NCBI RefSeq assembly: GCF_006345805.1
Contig: NC_043001.1
Location: 68,882,001 to 68,946,000, forward strand
Direction: 5' to 3'
DNA: 64,000 bases
Source of the DNA: Octopus sinensis
Taxonomy: Eukaryota
Position 1 is the first letter of the stretch; each line of letters opens with the position of its first letter. Below, piece after piece: positions 52,056 to 64,000 of the stretch. Made by a program: the position numbers and the translations under genes. The notes under the pieces are model-generated. The model made no database searches. It saw nothing but the letters and a program-made list of their open reading frames with translations, and was not told the DNA's origin.

Positions 52056-53347
52056 TCATCGATAGTGAGAGTCTATTAGCTAAGTCTTCCGACAATGAAG
52101 ATTCATTATTTTGCACCTCCTGGAGCAGGCCTCAGCAAGACTTGAGTGGAAGAGAACTGATTGCCTATTTACGAAAAATATACGCACAGAATCTTACTGT
52201 TGATCCCCGAGGGAAATGGCAAAAGCTTATTTAACTAAAGCTGAGCGCTAGTATCACTATCAGAACACGAAGATATTGGTATCATAACAGGAAGAGGTAC
52301 AACAATGCTTCTTATCCTACATTCTAACAATTCTGTAAATCGATTGCCTTATACTGGTACGATTTTACGGGTCACGAAAAAATAAGAAGCAAAAATGTTT
52401 TCGTCAGGATTCGAACGCAAAGTAAAGAGAGTCGGGGACAAATATTGGTAAATGTATTACATAATGCTCAAACGCGTTTGTCAGTTCCCCTCCTCAATGT
52501 GTATTAACTGGAAGATATAATCAGTTCGGACATAATGTCAGATTACATAAAATTCTATGTAAGTACAGCTAATAATACAGTGAAGCCATTCATTTTTATC
52601 GTACCTACTGGAATAATAAGAGAAACATAAAAACTAACATAGCCAAAGAAAGATAGAGGGATAAAGAAGGAGAGACAGAGTGCGGGAGTTAGAGACAGTA
52701 CAACCTAGATGGTGAGATATATCATATAATTGAAAAGTCTAGTACTACATGCCTGTACAAACATTCACACATCTATAATATTGGCAATGATAATTTTCGA
52801 GACGAATCGGAGATTTGCAGTGGTTTGCTTCAATAGAAACATTAAACATGCGAATTTGTCTGACAAATGTTGGGGAACACTTAAAAATTATATAGTAAAA
52901 TATTTGGTACTACATTAGATTATAAAGTGATATTACATATCTGCATAACCATACATATATACATACATACATACATACATACATACATACGTACTTACAC
53001 GCATATTTAAAGATATGTATATATATATATATTTTAATTGATTTGCTTTTCGCAGGAAGGAAAGTTTCTTGTCGAAGATACATCTCGCTTTTATCTTTCG
53101 AAACGTAGAGTAGATGAAACCATATCGACTGAAGAAGGGGGTTTTTCTTTGTGTTAATTATCCTGCACTCCATTTTTTGTTGTTTTTTAAAAAATGTCCA
53201 GTTCCTTTGGTTTGTGTCTATGTTTTCGTTTCTCTTTGTGTTCGACGTCCCTTTGGTGTCCTGTACTCATATATGCCTGTATATGTACATGTAGAGGTAG
53301 GTACGTACATATATGTTTATATATATGCATATGTTTTATTTCATTTA

Positions 53348-53391
<44 letters not shown>

Positions 53392-53509
53392 TAGATAGAT
53401 GGATAGATTGATAGATAAATATATAGATAGATAAATAATCTCATTTACATATATATGTATATATTTACATATATACATATGCAAGTATTTTTATCCTGAT
53501 ACGATCAAT

Positions 53510-53745
53510 AGAACAGCTTGCTCGTGAAATTCACGTGAAAATGGCTGAGCACTCCACAGATACGTGTACCCTTAACGTAGTCCTCAAGGAGATTCAGCGG
53601 TACTACTCATTTTTGCAAGCTGGGTGAACTGGAGCAAAGTGAAATAAAGTGTCTTGCTCAAGGGCACAACGCATCGCCGGGAACTGAACTCACGACTTTA
53701 AGACCGTGAGCAAAATCCCCTAACCACTAAGCCACGCTCCTTCAC
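53510..53745 (-). mobile_element. tRNA-derived SINE (family S3)
   Basis: Head GTGGCTTAGTGGTTAGG, B-box-like GAGTTCAGTTCCC, core CCCTTGAGCAAGACACTT. Confidence 0.8.
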
Positions 53746-53787
53746 ACTTAATATATATATATACTTATATACATACATATATAAATA

Positions 53788-53853
<66 letters not shown>

Positions 53854-53897
53854 CATACATATCTACATGAATATATTTACTTACAATTATTTAAATA

Positions 53898-54105
53898 GCT
53901 GGCAGAAACGTTAGCACGCCGGGCGAAATGCGTAGCCGTATTTCGTCTGCCGTTACATCGTTACATTGTGAGTTCAAATTTCATCCTTTCGGGGTCGATA
54001 AATTAAGTACCAGTTACGCACTGGGGTCGATGTAATCGACTTAATACCTATGTCTGTCCTTGTTTGTCCCCTCTGTGTTTAGCCCCTTGTGGGTAATAAA
54101 GAAAT
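53898..54105 (+). mobile_element. S1 SINE with a Tx1-like 3' tail
   Basis: S1 head and body, then CTGTCCTTGTTTGT...GCCCCTTGTGGGTAATAAAGAAA. Confidence 0.85.
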
Positions 54106-54402
54106 AGGTATTTAAATAAGCCTAAGGCGATCACGGTGCAATGACTAAGAAAAATAGTTTAATCATGGGGCATTTAAGCCCTTGACAGAAAAGAAGTAGG
54201 CTTTCCTATACGCGGGGAATTCGAACCCACATCCATTTGTTAACACAAATAGTCACGTTAACAAAGGCATGTGTATTCGAGTCCCACACGGATAGAAAAG
54301 TCTACTTCTTCCTGTCAAGGGACTTAAACGCCCCATTATTGGACTATTTTTGGACATTATTGCACTGTGATCGCTACAAGCTTTGGGCTTGTATAAATAA
54401 CA

Positions 54403-54472
<70 letters not shown>

Positions 54473-54627
54473 CACACATACATATGCACATGTATGTATA
54501 TATACACATATATGCATATATACACACCTACATACACATATACACACAAATACACGTTTATACACATACTCACATATACTCACACACAAGCACACAGACA
54601 CACACAAACATAAACCCATATACATGC

Positions 54628-54675
<48 letters not shown>

Positions 54676-54796
54676 ATAAGAGTAAATAATTTCTATAAAA
54701 GGTTTTTAAAAAAACCACAATTATTTACTGGTAGAATTCGGTATGTAAATATAGCCGATTACCGGCAGGAACTTCTGTAAAGTTCATGTGTGTGTA

Positions 54797-54830
<34 letters not shown>

Positions 54831-55746
54831 TACACACACATATAGATGCACATACACACATATATATGCACACATACGTATACATACATACACATACACA
54901 TATACACACATATACAGATACACTCATATACATCAATATCTATACGTATACATGGACATATACGCACATAAGCAAACACACACATATATATATATATACA
55001 CATATACCCACACATATATATACATGTGTATTTGTATTTGTATGTTTATGCATATATGTATATATATATGTGCGTATATATGTGTGTGTGTGCACACGTA
55101 CATAGGTACACCTGGAGACATTTGTATGTATGTGTGTACGTAGATGCAGGTGTGTGTGTGTTGATGTTTTTGTGTATCAGTGCATGTATTCATGCGTGTG
55201 TGTTTGTGCGAATGTATGTGTATGTGGATGTATGCGTGCATGTTTGAGTGTGTGTCTATGTGATTAGGTAGGGGGCTCACCATGCTAGCTGTGAAAGATG
55301 AATAGAGTGACCAAAGATCAAAGGATTCACAAAGGATTTTAGAAGAACTCAACATTTTTTGACCACGTATTCCATTTCTTTATTCCTGACAAACTAAACT
55401 CTTCACCCTACCATTTTCAACGTCTGTTTTTTTCTTCTTCCTCTTGCTTTTCGTCATGTTCGTTTTGTCATTCTTTTCTACCTCTTTCTTTTACTTTTTC
55501 CCCTGTTTCTTCTATTCCATTTCTTTTTCGTTTCTTCTTTTTTTACACCTGGTGTTGTATTTACTTTATGTATTCTTTTATAATTTTTTAATATTATTTC
55601 AATATTATCTTTATATTGATTTTTACATTTTTTATTTTCTATATTTATTTTCTATCTTGTATTTTCTATTTTCTATTTTTCTTCTTTATTTGTATACTTC
55701 TAAGAAAAAAATGCTTGTTATACAAGCAACCTTCTAAACCACAGAA

Positions 55747-55800
55747 TTTCAGTCTGAAAACGGCTATCGAAAAGCCCGAAACTCATTAGAGTAACAGGAA
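55747..55800 (+). ncRNA. Type I hammerhead-like fold, best-preserved copy in the window
   Basis: Core CTGAAAA (54-60), stem II GGCT/AGCC, GAAA, stem III ACTC-ATTA-GAGT, GUA triplet, imperfect stem I TTTCAGT/ACAGGAA; G8 replaced by A. Confidence 0.6.
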
Positions 55801-55849
55801 ACATTATCATAAAAATCAGAATTACCCCACCAAAAGTCAACTCTATTCA

Positions 55850-55943
<94 letters not shown>

Positions 55944-56519
55944 TACATAGATAGATACATAGATAAATTGATAGATATACGTATGTATATGCACACATAC
56001 ATATACATAAAAAAATATATATTATATAGTTAGGCAGGATAAAATCCCAGCTGTTATCTCTTGAAGCACATTTGCTAATTCTATATGTAGTTGCTGAAGT
56101 TATATTGCTGCTGCAAGCTCATATCAGATTTGAAAATTCTGAAAATATTGTTTCCAGACATGTTCCATTTCATAAGAAGAATTAAATAGTTTAAATGTTG
56201 AATAGTTATATAAGGAATCCTGTATTAGAAAGTCGTCAGAGAGAATTAAACAAAGTACATTTTCAAATAATTAGTTATTACATATTGCTTATTATTCTCT
56301 AAGGAAACGCCTTTCATACATGTCTCATATATAAAACACTGTAATTCTTATTAGCAAATGAAACATGCATAAGGATGAATAAATACTAATGGAAAAAGGT
56401 TCTGACAACCTGTTTTATCAAACATGTAAACAAACACTCATTTATAAGCATGCATTAACGTACACATATCCTTATCTATATCCCACACAGTCTATCAATC
56501 TATCTATCTATTATCTACG

Positions 56520-56653
<134 letters not shown>

Positions 56654-56714
56654 TGTGTGTGTGTACATATATATATATATAAATATGTATATATATATAT
56701 ATAAAATTAATCCA

Positions 56715-56910
56715 AACAAGAAAACACAAAAAAACACACCAACGCGAGGACGTGGAACAAATAAAGTATTATTGGACGCTCAGGAAAGAAGGGAAGGAGG
56801 GTTTAACTTTTCGAGCGGAGCTCTTCGCCGGAAACAAAGGAGAAGGAAAGATCCCGAGAAGGGAAGACAGAGGAAAAAAAATTGCTGGCGGTGCTCACGA
56901 GGTCACAACC
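56715..56910 (-). mobile_element. PLE-type terminal repeat with hammerhead-like motif (56800-56836)
   Basis: Reverse complement GTTT-CCGGCGAA-GAGCTCCGCTC-GAAAAGTT-AAAC. Confidence 0.55.
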
Positions 56911-56971
56911 GGAGTAAACACATAAATTTGAAATAAGGTGGAAAAAAGAATACAAGAGGTAGAGTAATATG

Positions 56972-57073
56972 CTTTATTTAAAAGCAGCAGAAATTTAACA
57001 AAAGCAGTTACTCGGAATTTCACGTTCCCTTTCGTCGGACAGTTTTGTTAAATTTCTGCTGCTTTTAAATAAA

Positions 57074-57074
<1 letters not shown>
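56972..57074. repeat. Perfect 32-bp inverted repeat with a 39-nt spacer resembling a hammerhead remnant
   Basis: CTTTATTTAAAAGCAGCAGAAATTTAACAAAA and its exact reverse complement; minus-strand spacer CCGACGAAAGGGAACGTGAAATTCCGAG. Confidence 0.85.
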
Positions 57075-57167
<93 letters not shown>

Positions 57168-57172
57168 GTATG

Positions 57173-57212
<40 letters not shown>

Positions 57213-57325
57213 CAGTACATAAATAGACAGAGAAATTGATAGATAGGATGATAGAGGTGGATAGATAGATAGATAGTTTGACACTTAGGTAAGATTCAGT
57301 GATAACTGACGAAGGCCACGCTTAA

Positions 57326-57382
<57 letters not shown>

Positions 57383-57836
57383 ATATACACTCACACGCAT
57401 ATATAATTATATATATATATGTAAGTGTGTGTGCCTGTGTGCATGTGTGTATATAAATACACGCACAGCCACACAATCACACGCACATGTGCACACACAG
57501 ACACTCATATATATATATGTATATAGGTATATAGAAACATATTGACACACGTATATAAGGAAAAATACTTATTGAAGTTTATGAGTGACTGAAAAATTCG
57601 AATCTATTAAGACGAGAATATCGTTTGACGAATTCAAATAGAGGAAGACATGTATCGGAGATGATTAGGTGTGAAGATATTGACAGGAATACAGGTGAAG
57701 AAAAAGATATTTCGATTGTGCGCTGAATGACATTGACCTCTATTGAGATAAACTAATCATCTATGCGTGGAAAAGTAAACGAATTCACACCAGCACAGAC
57801 ACAAAACAATGTTATACATATGTTTGCATGCATGCA

Positions 57837-57894
<58 letters not shown>

Positions 57895-57942
57895 CGTATA
57901 TAAGTATAACTACTAATACATAAATATGTATATATATGCATG

Positions 57943-58003
<61 letters not shown>

Positions 58004-58177
58004 ATTTATGCATATATATACATATTTATGTATTAATAGTTATACTTATATACGTATATGTGTATATACATATATATGTATATTCATATATGTACATCTA
58101 TATATATATATATATTATGTATATACGCGCATATATATATATGTATATTGATTGATGGATATTCATACATATATATC

Positions 58178-58245
<68 letters not shown>

Positions 58246-58989
58246 TACATATACATACATATATACGTGTGTTTATGTATTGATATGCCACATTTACATA
58301 GAAGTAACTTGCGTGCCTTCACGATTTTAACTATGTATGTAAATCTTACCCTTAATATATAAGATATTATCTTATACCTTTACATACCGCTACTAAAAGA
58401 AGCCGGAAGTCATATGAAATTAACCAGCGGAAGGAATTTGAAATATGTCAAACGAGATCGAATATAGAATAGAAAGGATGGCAGACAAATTAGTTACAAT
58501 TGTTTGAATGTTCTCAAACTTATCATATGCACTGTTGTATTAAACAACGACAACATAGATATATTTGCAGTCCTCGAGGCATTTGGTATACTTGAAAATG
58601 TATTTCTACTCAGTACTGCATAGGTTCTACGCAACGATTTATTAATTCCGTAACGCAACGTACCACAGTTCTACTACCGGCCAAAAAATTAAAGAGCAAC
58701 TGAGACTTAAATATATTACATAAAATCACAGAGGAAAAAAAGAACAAAAATTGTCCAAGAATACATTGTAACAGCCATAATAAAATGAACTTCGATTTGT
58801 ATGAAGTTACAAGAAATCGTGTCATATTAAAATGCATATTTCTCTGAAATCAGTCCAGATATTAATTAGCCCAACATTATGTAAAACAAAAATACAGCAT
58901 GAACAAAACATGAAATATCATATAAAACTAATATGGCGCTGATCCTACCGATGACATTTATATTCAGCCACTTAAATTACGAAGCCACC

Positions 58990-59575
58990 CTCTCGTAAAT
59001 CATGGCAACCCTATACTCTAGTAATAACTGCGGAATATATATTTTGCATATTTGCCTCCCAACAATATAATACAGCTTAGAAAACTCTAGACGATTACTG
59101 CGAAACCTATTACAATCTGTAGTTACTTCGTCAGTCACCTATTACATCCTTTATACACCAATACTTTACATAAATATTCAAACCCTCTAATTCTATAACA
59201 CCAGATTCACTACATACAATCCATATAATCCCAGCTTGAGTTTAAAACATAGTGTCTGTAGTACATATTTTTCACAAATAACGTCCTATACCGTAACACT
59301 GGTATTATTACACATAGTCATCTCAATCACTTCCAAATGCTGTTATACATTTCACACAAGACATATTCTACACAATAACCTTCTCAACATAATGCCATAC
59401 CGCTGCTAGTCACAGAGTGGATTCTTTTGGCTGTGTTCCTCTTAAAATAGGTAATACGTAAAGCTTCTATAACGTATGACATATCCATCAACGATATTGT
59501 TCATTTAGGAATATCGTAGAGATGGTCCTGATTTTACTATCCGCTGATCCATTTGGATCAGACTGAAACGTTCAA
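58990..59575 (+). mobile_element. Possible very decayed PLE 3' end
   Basis: NCGIYILH at about 59025; terminal CCTGAT...CTGATCC-ATTT-GGATCAG-ACTGAAACGTT hammerhead-like motif. Confidence 0.35.
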
Positions 59576-60566
59576 TAGTACCGAATATTGATGTTTGACA
59601 GCTGCAATTTGAAGAGACTAATTTCAGTCAGCTTTTCGATGTCCATCGTTTTATTATGAAGACGAATTTGATCTGTGGTACCATCAATTAGTGGAACTAT
59701 TTGATATAGGAATTTTGGATACCAAGATTTGCTCTGCTCATTGCATTTACATTTTTCTGTTTGAAAAACTACCCATAGAAACAAAATAGAAACAGGTGTG
59801 GCAAGCCTTCACAATTCTGAAGAATTAATCTGATTATGTATTAATAATGGCAACTGAGTAGACTTGCATCAGAATATCTATATATATATACACCGTGTCG
59901 TATCTACCGATTGTCGTTTGTAGCAGGGCAGATGCTAGAGATCTGTTTCGATTCAGACTTCTAAGTGAGTAAGAACTAGGTTGAGGTTAGCAGCAATAAA
60001 GCGAGGGCCATTCTGAAAGCGGCAGAGAGTAAATGATCCATTAATGATAAGACAGCGATGAGACAGAGTTGATGGTGCTTGAATCCGCTGTGCGATTCAT
60101 TTTTCCCTGACTGATGTACCTTCGCATGAAGAGCGACAGACAAATTTGGAATGTCTGTAATTCTGCTTGTCTGTATGTTTATGTTACAAAATCTATAGCA
60201 CATAGAATTATGATAATGTGTAGGCGTGAGCTAATGTTGCGATTGTGTCTATGGGCAACCTACAAAAATCTTTAACATAGCAGTACTTCACTGCCTTTCC
60301 GAATAAAATTTATATTTATAGAAGTGACTTTGGTTGAGCTTGTTGAATATGCACGAAAATTTATGTAACAGTTCTGTACAAACAAGATCAGTTTTGGAGC
60401 TTTACTGTAAAATGTGTTTATGTCCAGCTGCTGTAATTTCGAATAGGAGAGATCTGGTGAGCATCTCGTAAAATAGCATCTCGTAAAATAGCATCACTTC
60501 CCTCTCTACGCGAAAATGCACGGATTCCTTCACTCTAATACATTTTGGTTAGAGTTAGGTATTCTG

Positions 60567-60632
<66 letters not shown>

Positions 60633-60634
<2 letters not shown>

Positions 60635-61398
60635 GCTTTCACTTCACTACCGAGCGCAGCTCTGTGTGCCTTGGGTATGTGCTGTGATTGTTGTGATGCT
60701 CTGATGGTTACTGTATTGAAAGTGTTCTGCGTAGTATGTGTGCAGTGCCTATTTGTCTGAATATGTTTTATCAAGCCTAAAGCACCTACTATGATAGGAA
60801 TTGTTTCTGTTTTTAGATTCCACATTCTAGTTACCTCTATTTCCAGGTCTTTGTATTTTGAAAGTTTCTCCATTTCTTTTAGAGACACGTTGTCATCTGC
60901 TGGTATTGATACATCAATAAGAAAGCATTTTTTTCTTGATGATCTCTGACAACTATATCTGGTCGGTTGGCCTTAATTTCTCTATCTGTGTGTTTTGGCA
61001 TATCCCAGAGTATGGTTGCTTTCTCGTTTTCTGTGACCTTTTTTGACGTGTGCCTATACCATCTTTTTTCTGTTGTTATTCCATAATGTTGGCATATCTT
61101 CCAGTGTATGTAGGTCCCATCTCTGTCGTGTCTGTGAATATATTCCTTCTTAGCCAGGACTGGGCAGCCAGAGATAATAGGACTTATTGTTTCTTGTCCA
61201 TCTCCACATATTCTGTAGTTACTTGTTATATTTCTTTTCATTACATGTTTTTGGTAATTTCTGGTGGGGGGGTCTTGTTCTGCAATCAAAACTCCCTCTG
61301 TGTCTGCTTTGAGTCCTGAGCTTTTCAACCATTGCTGGGATTTTTCTTTGTCTATTTCTTTTGCATTTAGTTTAATCAGTATTTGCCATGAAGGGGCT
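60633..61398 (-). mobile_element. 5'-truncated R4/Dong-type LINE (E family)
   Basis: ORFs 60879-61328 and 60631-60888; (ATT)n on both sides. Confidence 0.9.
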
Positions 61399-61422
61399 TA
61401 TTATTATTATTATATTATTATT

Positions 61423-61885
61423 ACTTTTTTTTTTCTTCTTTCAAATTTGCTACCATTTCTTGCCGAGTGTCTTCCCGACTCCTAGGGCAAAGAAACTCAT
61501 AGTATACATTGGTAGGCCATTAAACCAAACTCAGTAGTTCGTTCATTTTTTTTTTTTAAGTTAAATTAAAATACATGAGCAGCAACAGTTCTCACATCGA
61601 CAATGCTCTTCTCAATACGTGTGATGTACCAGTTAAGACAATCTTTTGCACTTCTTGCAGGGATGGTAAGCCAGGGATTATTCTCATATAATTTTCGGTT
61701 CCCTTCTTGATCATTCCTAGTGCTCCTACGATCACTGGTATTGTAACCGCCTTGAGATACCACATTTTCTCAATTTCAATGAGTAGGTCTTTATATTTTC
61801 TGAGCTTGTCAAACTCTTTCGCTGAGATATTATGATCACAGGGGATGCTCATGTCGATCAATAAGCAAACTTTATTGTTTTGGTC

Positions 61886-61887
<2 letters not shown>
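61423..61887 (-). mobile_element. 5'-truncated R4/Dong-type LINE (3' UTR shared with copy C)
   Basis: KVCLLIDMSIPCDHNISAKEFDKLRKYKDL...IPVIVGALG in ORF 61592-62146. Confidence 0.9.
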
Positions 61888-61963
<76 letters not shown>

Positions 61964-62044
61964 CATTTTTATGGGGGAAGCACTATGACCAATAATGAAT
62001 AGATTATTATCAATAATAATTATGATGATAACGAGAATGATAAT

Positions 62045-62262
62045 GATAATATTTTCGAATTTCCTAACAAGCACAGTAATTTGAGGGGTGGGACTCAGTC
62101 GATTACATCGACTCCAGTACTTGACTGATATTGTTATCGATCCCAAATGGAGGAAAAGCCAAGTAGATTTTGGAGGAATTTGAACTCAGAACTTTTATCT
62201 GGAAGAAATACCACTATGCATTTTGTCCGGCACAGTAACGACTCTGATAGGTTGCCGCCTTA
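62045..62262 (-). mobile_element. S1 SINE copy
   Basis: GATTACATCGACTCCAG...GGAATTTGAACTCAGAAC; head GGCGGCAAC at about 62255. Confidence 0.75.
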
Positions 62263-62272
62263 AACCATAATC

Positions 62273-62330
<58 letters not shown>

Positions 62331-62569
62331 TAATAATAATAATAAAAAAACAACAACAACGATAATAACAATAATAATAATAAAAGTAATTGATACTTGT
62401 GTAACTATGTAGCATATTGCCAGGTGTTATCAAAATTATGTTAATTGTTAAAATGAAATAGACAAATAATCGAAACTATACATTAAAAAATTTAAAAAAA
62501 CTAAGTTGAGCCCTGTCTGTTGCTAGCATTTGGACCCTCTATCCAGTTTGAGGAAATATTCAACCTTAC

Positions 62570-62624
62570 CTCTCCCCAGTCTGGAAGGCCCTACAAGAGA
62601 CATGGGTAGCGCTTTCCATTCTGA
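62570..62624 (-). CDS. Candidate 55-nt host exon, product unknown
   Basis: Strong acceptor TTTCTTTTATCCTTTAG and donor GAG|GTAAGG; two of three frames are open. Confidence 0.3.
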
Positions 62625-63508
62625 CTAAAGGATAAAAGAAATGTACACCGAATATAGACAAATAAAGGTATATCAAATATATAAAACACAAAGCGTGGCT
62701 TTATGAAAATTATTTCCCCCTTTAGATAATGTTTCATAATTACCAGCTGGCAATTAAGACTTCACTCGAGAAAGGGAAATAATCTAAGGTTTAACGTATT
62801 TCCTTAGTTGACGTGCCAATAAGTTAAAGAGCGAGTTTATCTGGATTAGATTCTAATCCACGATATAGTGCCTACCACATTTCTCTGATATCTACCATAT
62901 TTTAAAATCTTACTCTGCTCTGCAGATCATGCATTTCTCTATAGCTTATATAAAAGTCTTCTATCAAATTTCATTTCGTTCTCTATCGGGTTGTTTTTTT
63001 TTTGTGTACATTGCATCATGTTTTCCATTTTACTTGTATAATTATTGAGGTAAATCTTGCCTGTATTTTAAGAAGCAATATGCTTCACTTTTTTACACAA
63101 CAATACATCACTTCACTGTAAGTCATTCTAGCCAGACTTTTATTTTTTCCTTTCAGTATTTTCTTCGAGAAATACTGCAGTGTTTTTATATATTTTTGCG
63201 GTGTAGGATGACGAAGTTAAAAATGAAGTTGACGACATTACTGCTGCAGCTGGTGCTGATTATGGCGAAGATGATGATGATGATGATATAGATTATATTA
63301 TGCTCCTGATAAATATATTACGTTAAAAAATCATTGTTTGAACAGCCCACAGGAAATATTATTACGTATATTAATTCCATTCTATATATATATACATGTA
63401 TGCAAATATATATATAATATATGTATATATATATGCATAAATATATAAATATATATACATATATATGTATGTATGCATATACATACACACACACACGTAC
63501 ACACACAC

Positions 63509-63611
<103 letters not shown>

Positions 63612-64000
63612 GCACATACACACTCATATATTGTATACATACATTGACTTTACTATGTCATGTATTTATCGTATAACTTTGTAGATTTCCTTGTCAGCAA
63701 ATATAGTATTTTTTAACCCTCTCCAAATTATTTTTACAGTTATATTGGAAATTCTGCCTTAGTAATTTTTCTTCAATAAAACCATCGTTTTCTGTTTGCT
63801 TTTTGATTTTCTGTTTTCGTTCTTTCTTTCGATACTAATTGTCTTACTTTACTGTTTCAGAAACGTCAGCAATAACTATTAAATATTTAAAAATTCTCAT
63901 CACTATAGTTCTTAAAGTTGTTACTCTATGAATCTATTGATTCTTTTGTAGTACATGTAGTTATTACGTTGTTACGTTTTTCTTATTGTTGTTTCTAGTG

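Overview
AT-rich, microsatellite-saturated eukaryotic genomic DNA made up almost entirely of transposon remnants. The SINE families and repeat style suggest an octopod cephalopod (Octopus-like); this is an inference from recognition, not a database result. No host protein-coding gene could be identified, only a few weak candidate minus-strand exons. Nearly every ORF in the supplied track is translated microsatellite or decayed TE sequence. Contents: about 10 copies or fragments of R4/Dong-type restriction-like-endonuclease (RLE) LINEs, one RT-deleted Tx1/L1-like LINE, one CR1 LINE, Penelope-like element (PLE) remnants, mariner (DD34D) and maT (DD37D) fragments, MITE/foldback elements and many tRNA-derived SINEs. 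Most notable patterns: (1) hammerhead-ribozyme-like motifs recur, and four of them sit inside inverted repeats, giving PLE-derived units that mimic MITEs; (2) RLE LINEs are bounded at both ends by sense-strand (AAT)n and form same-orientation tandem arrays; (3) one SINE body carries interchangeable 3' tails, one resembling the Tx1-like LINE tail; (4) a MITE carries a degenerate (TTAGGG)n core; (5) there is a near-perfect 241-bp foldback.
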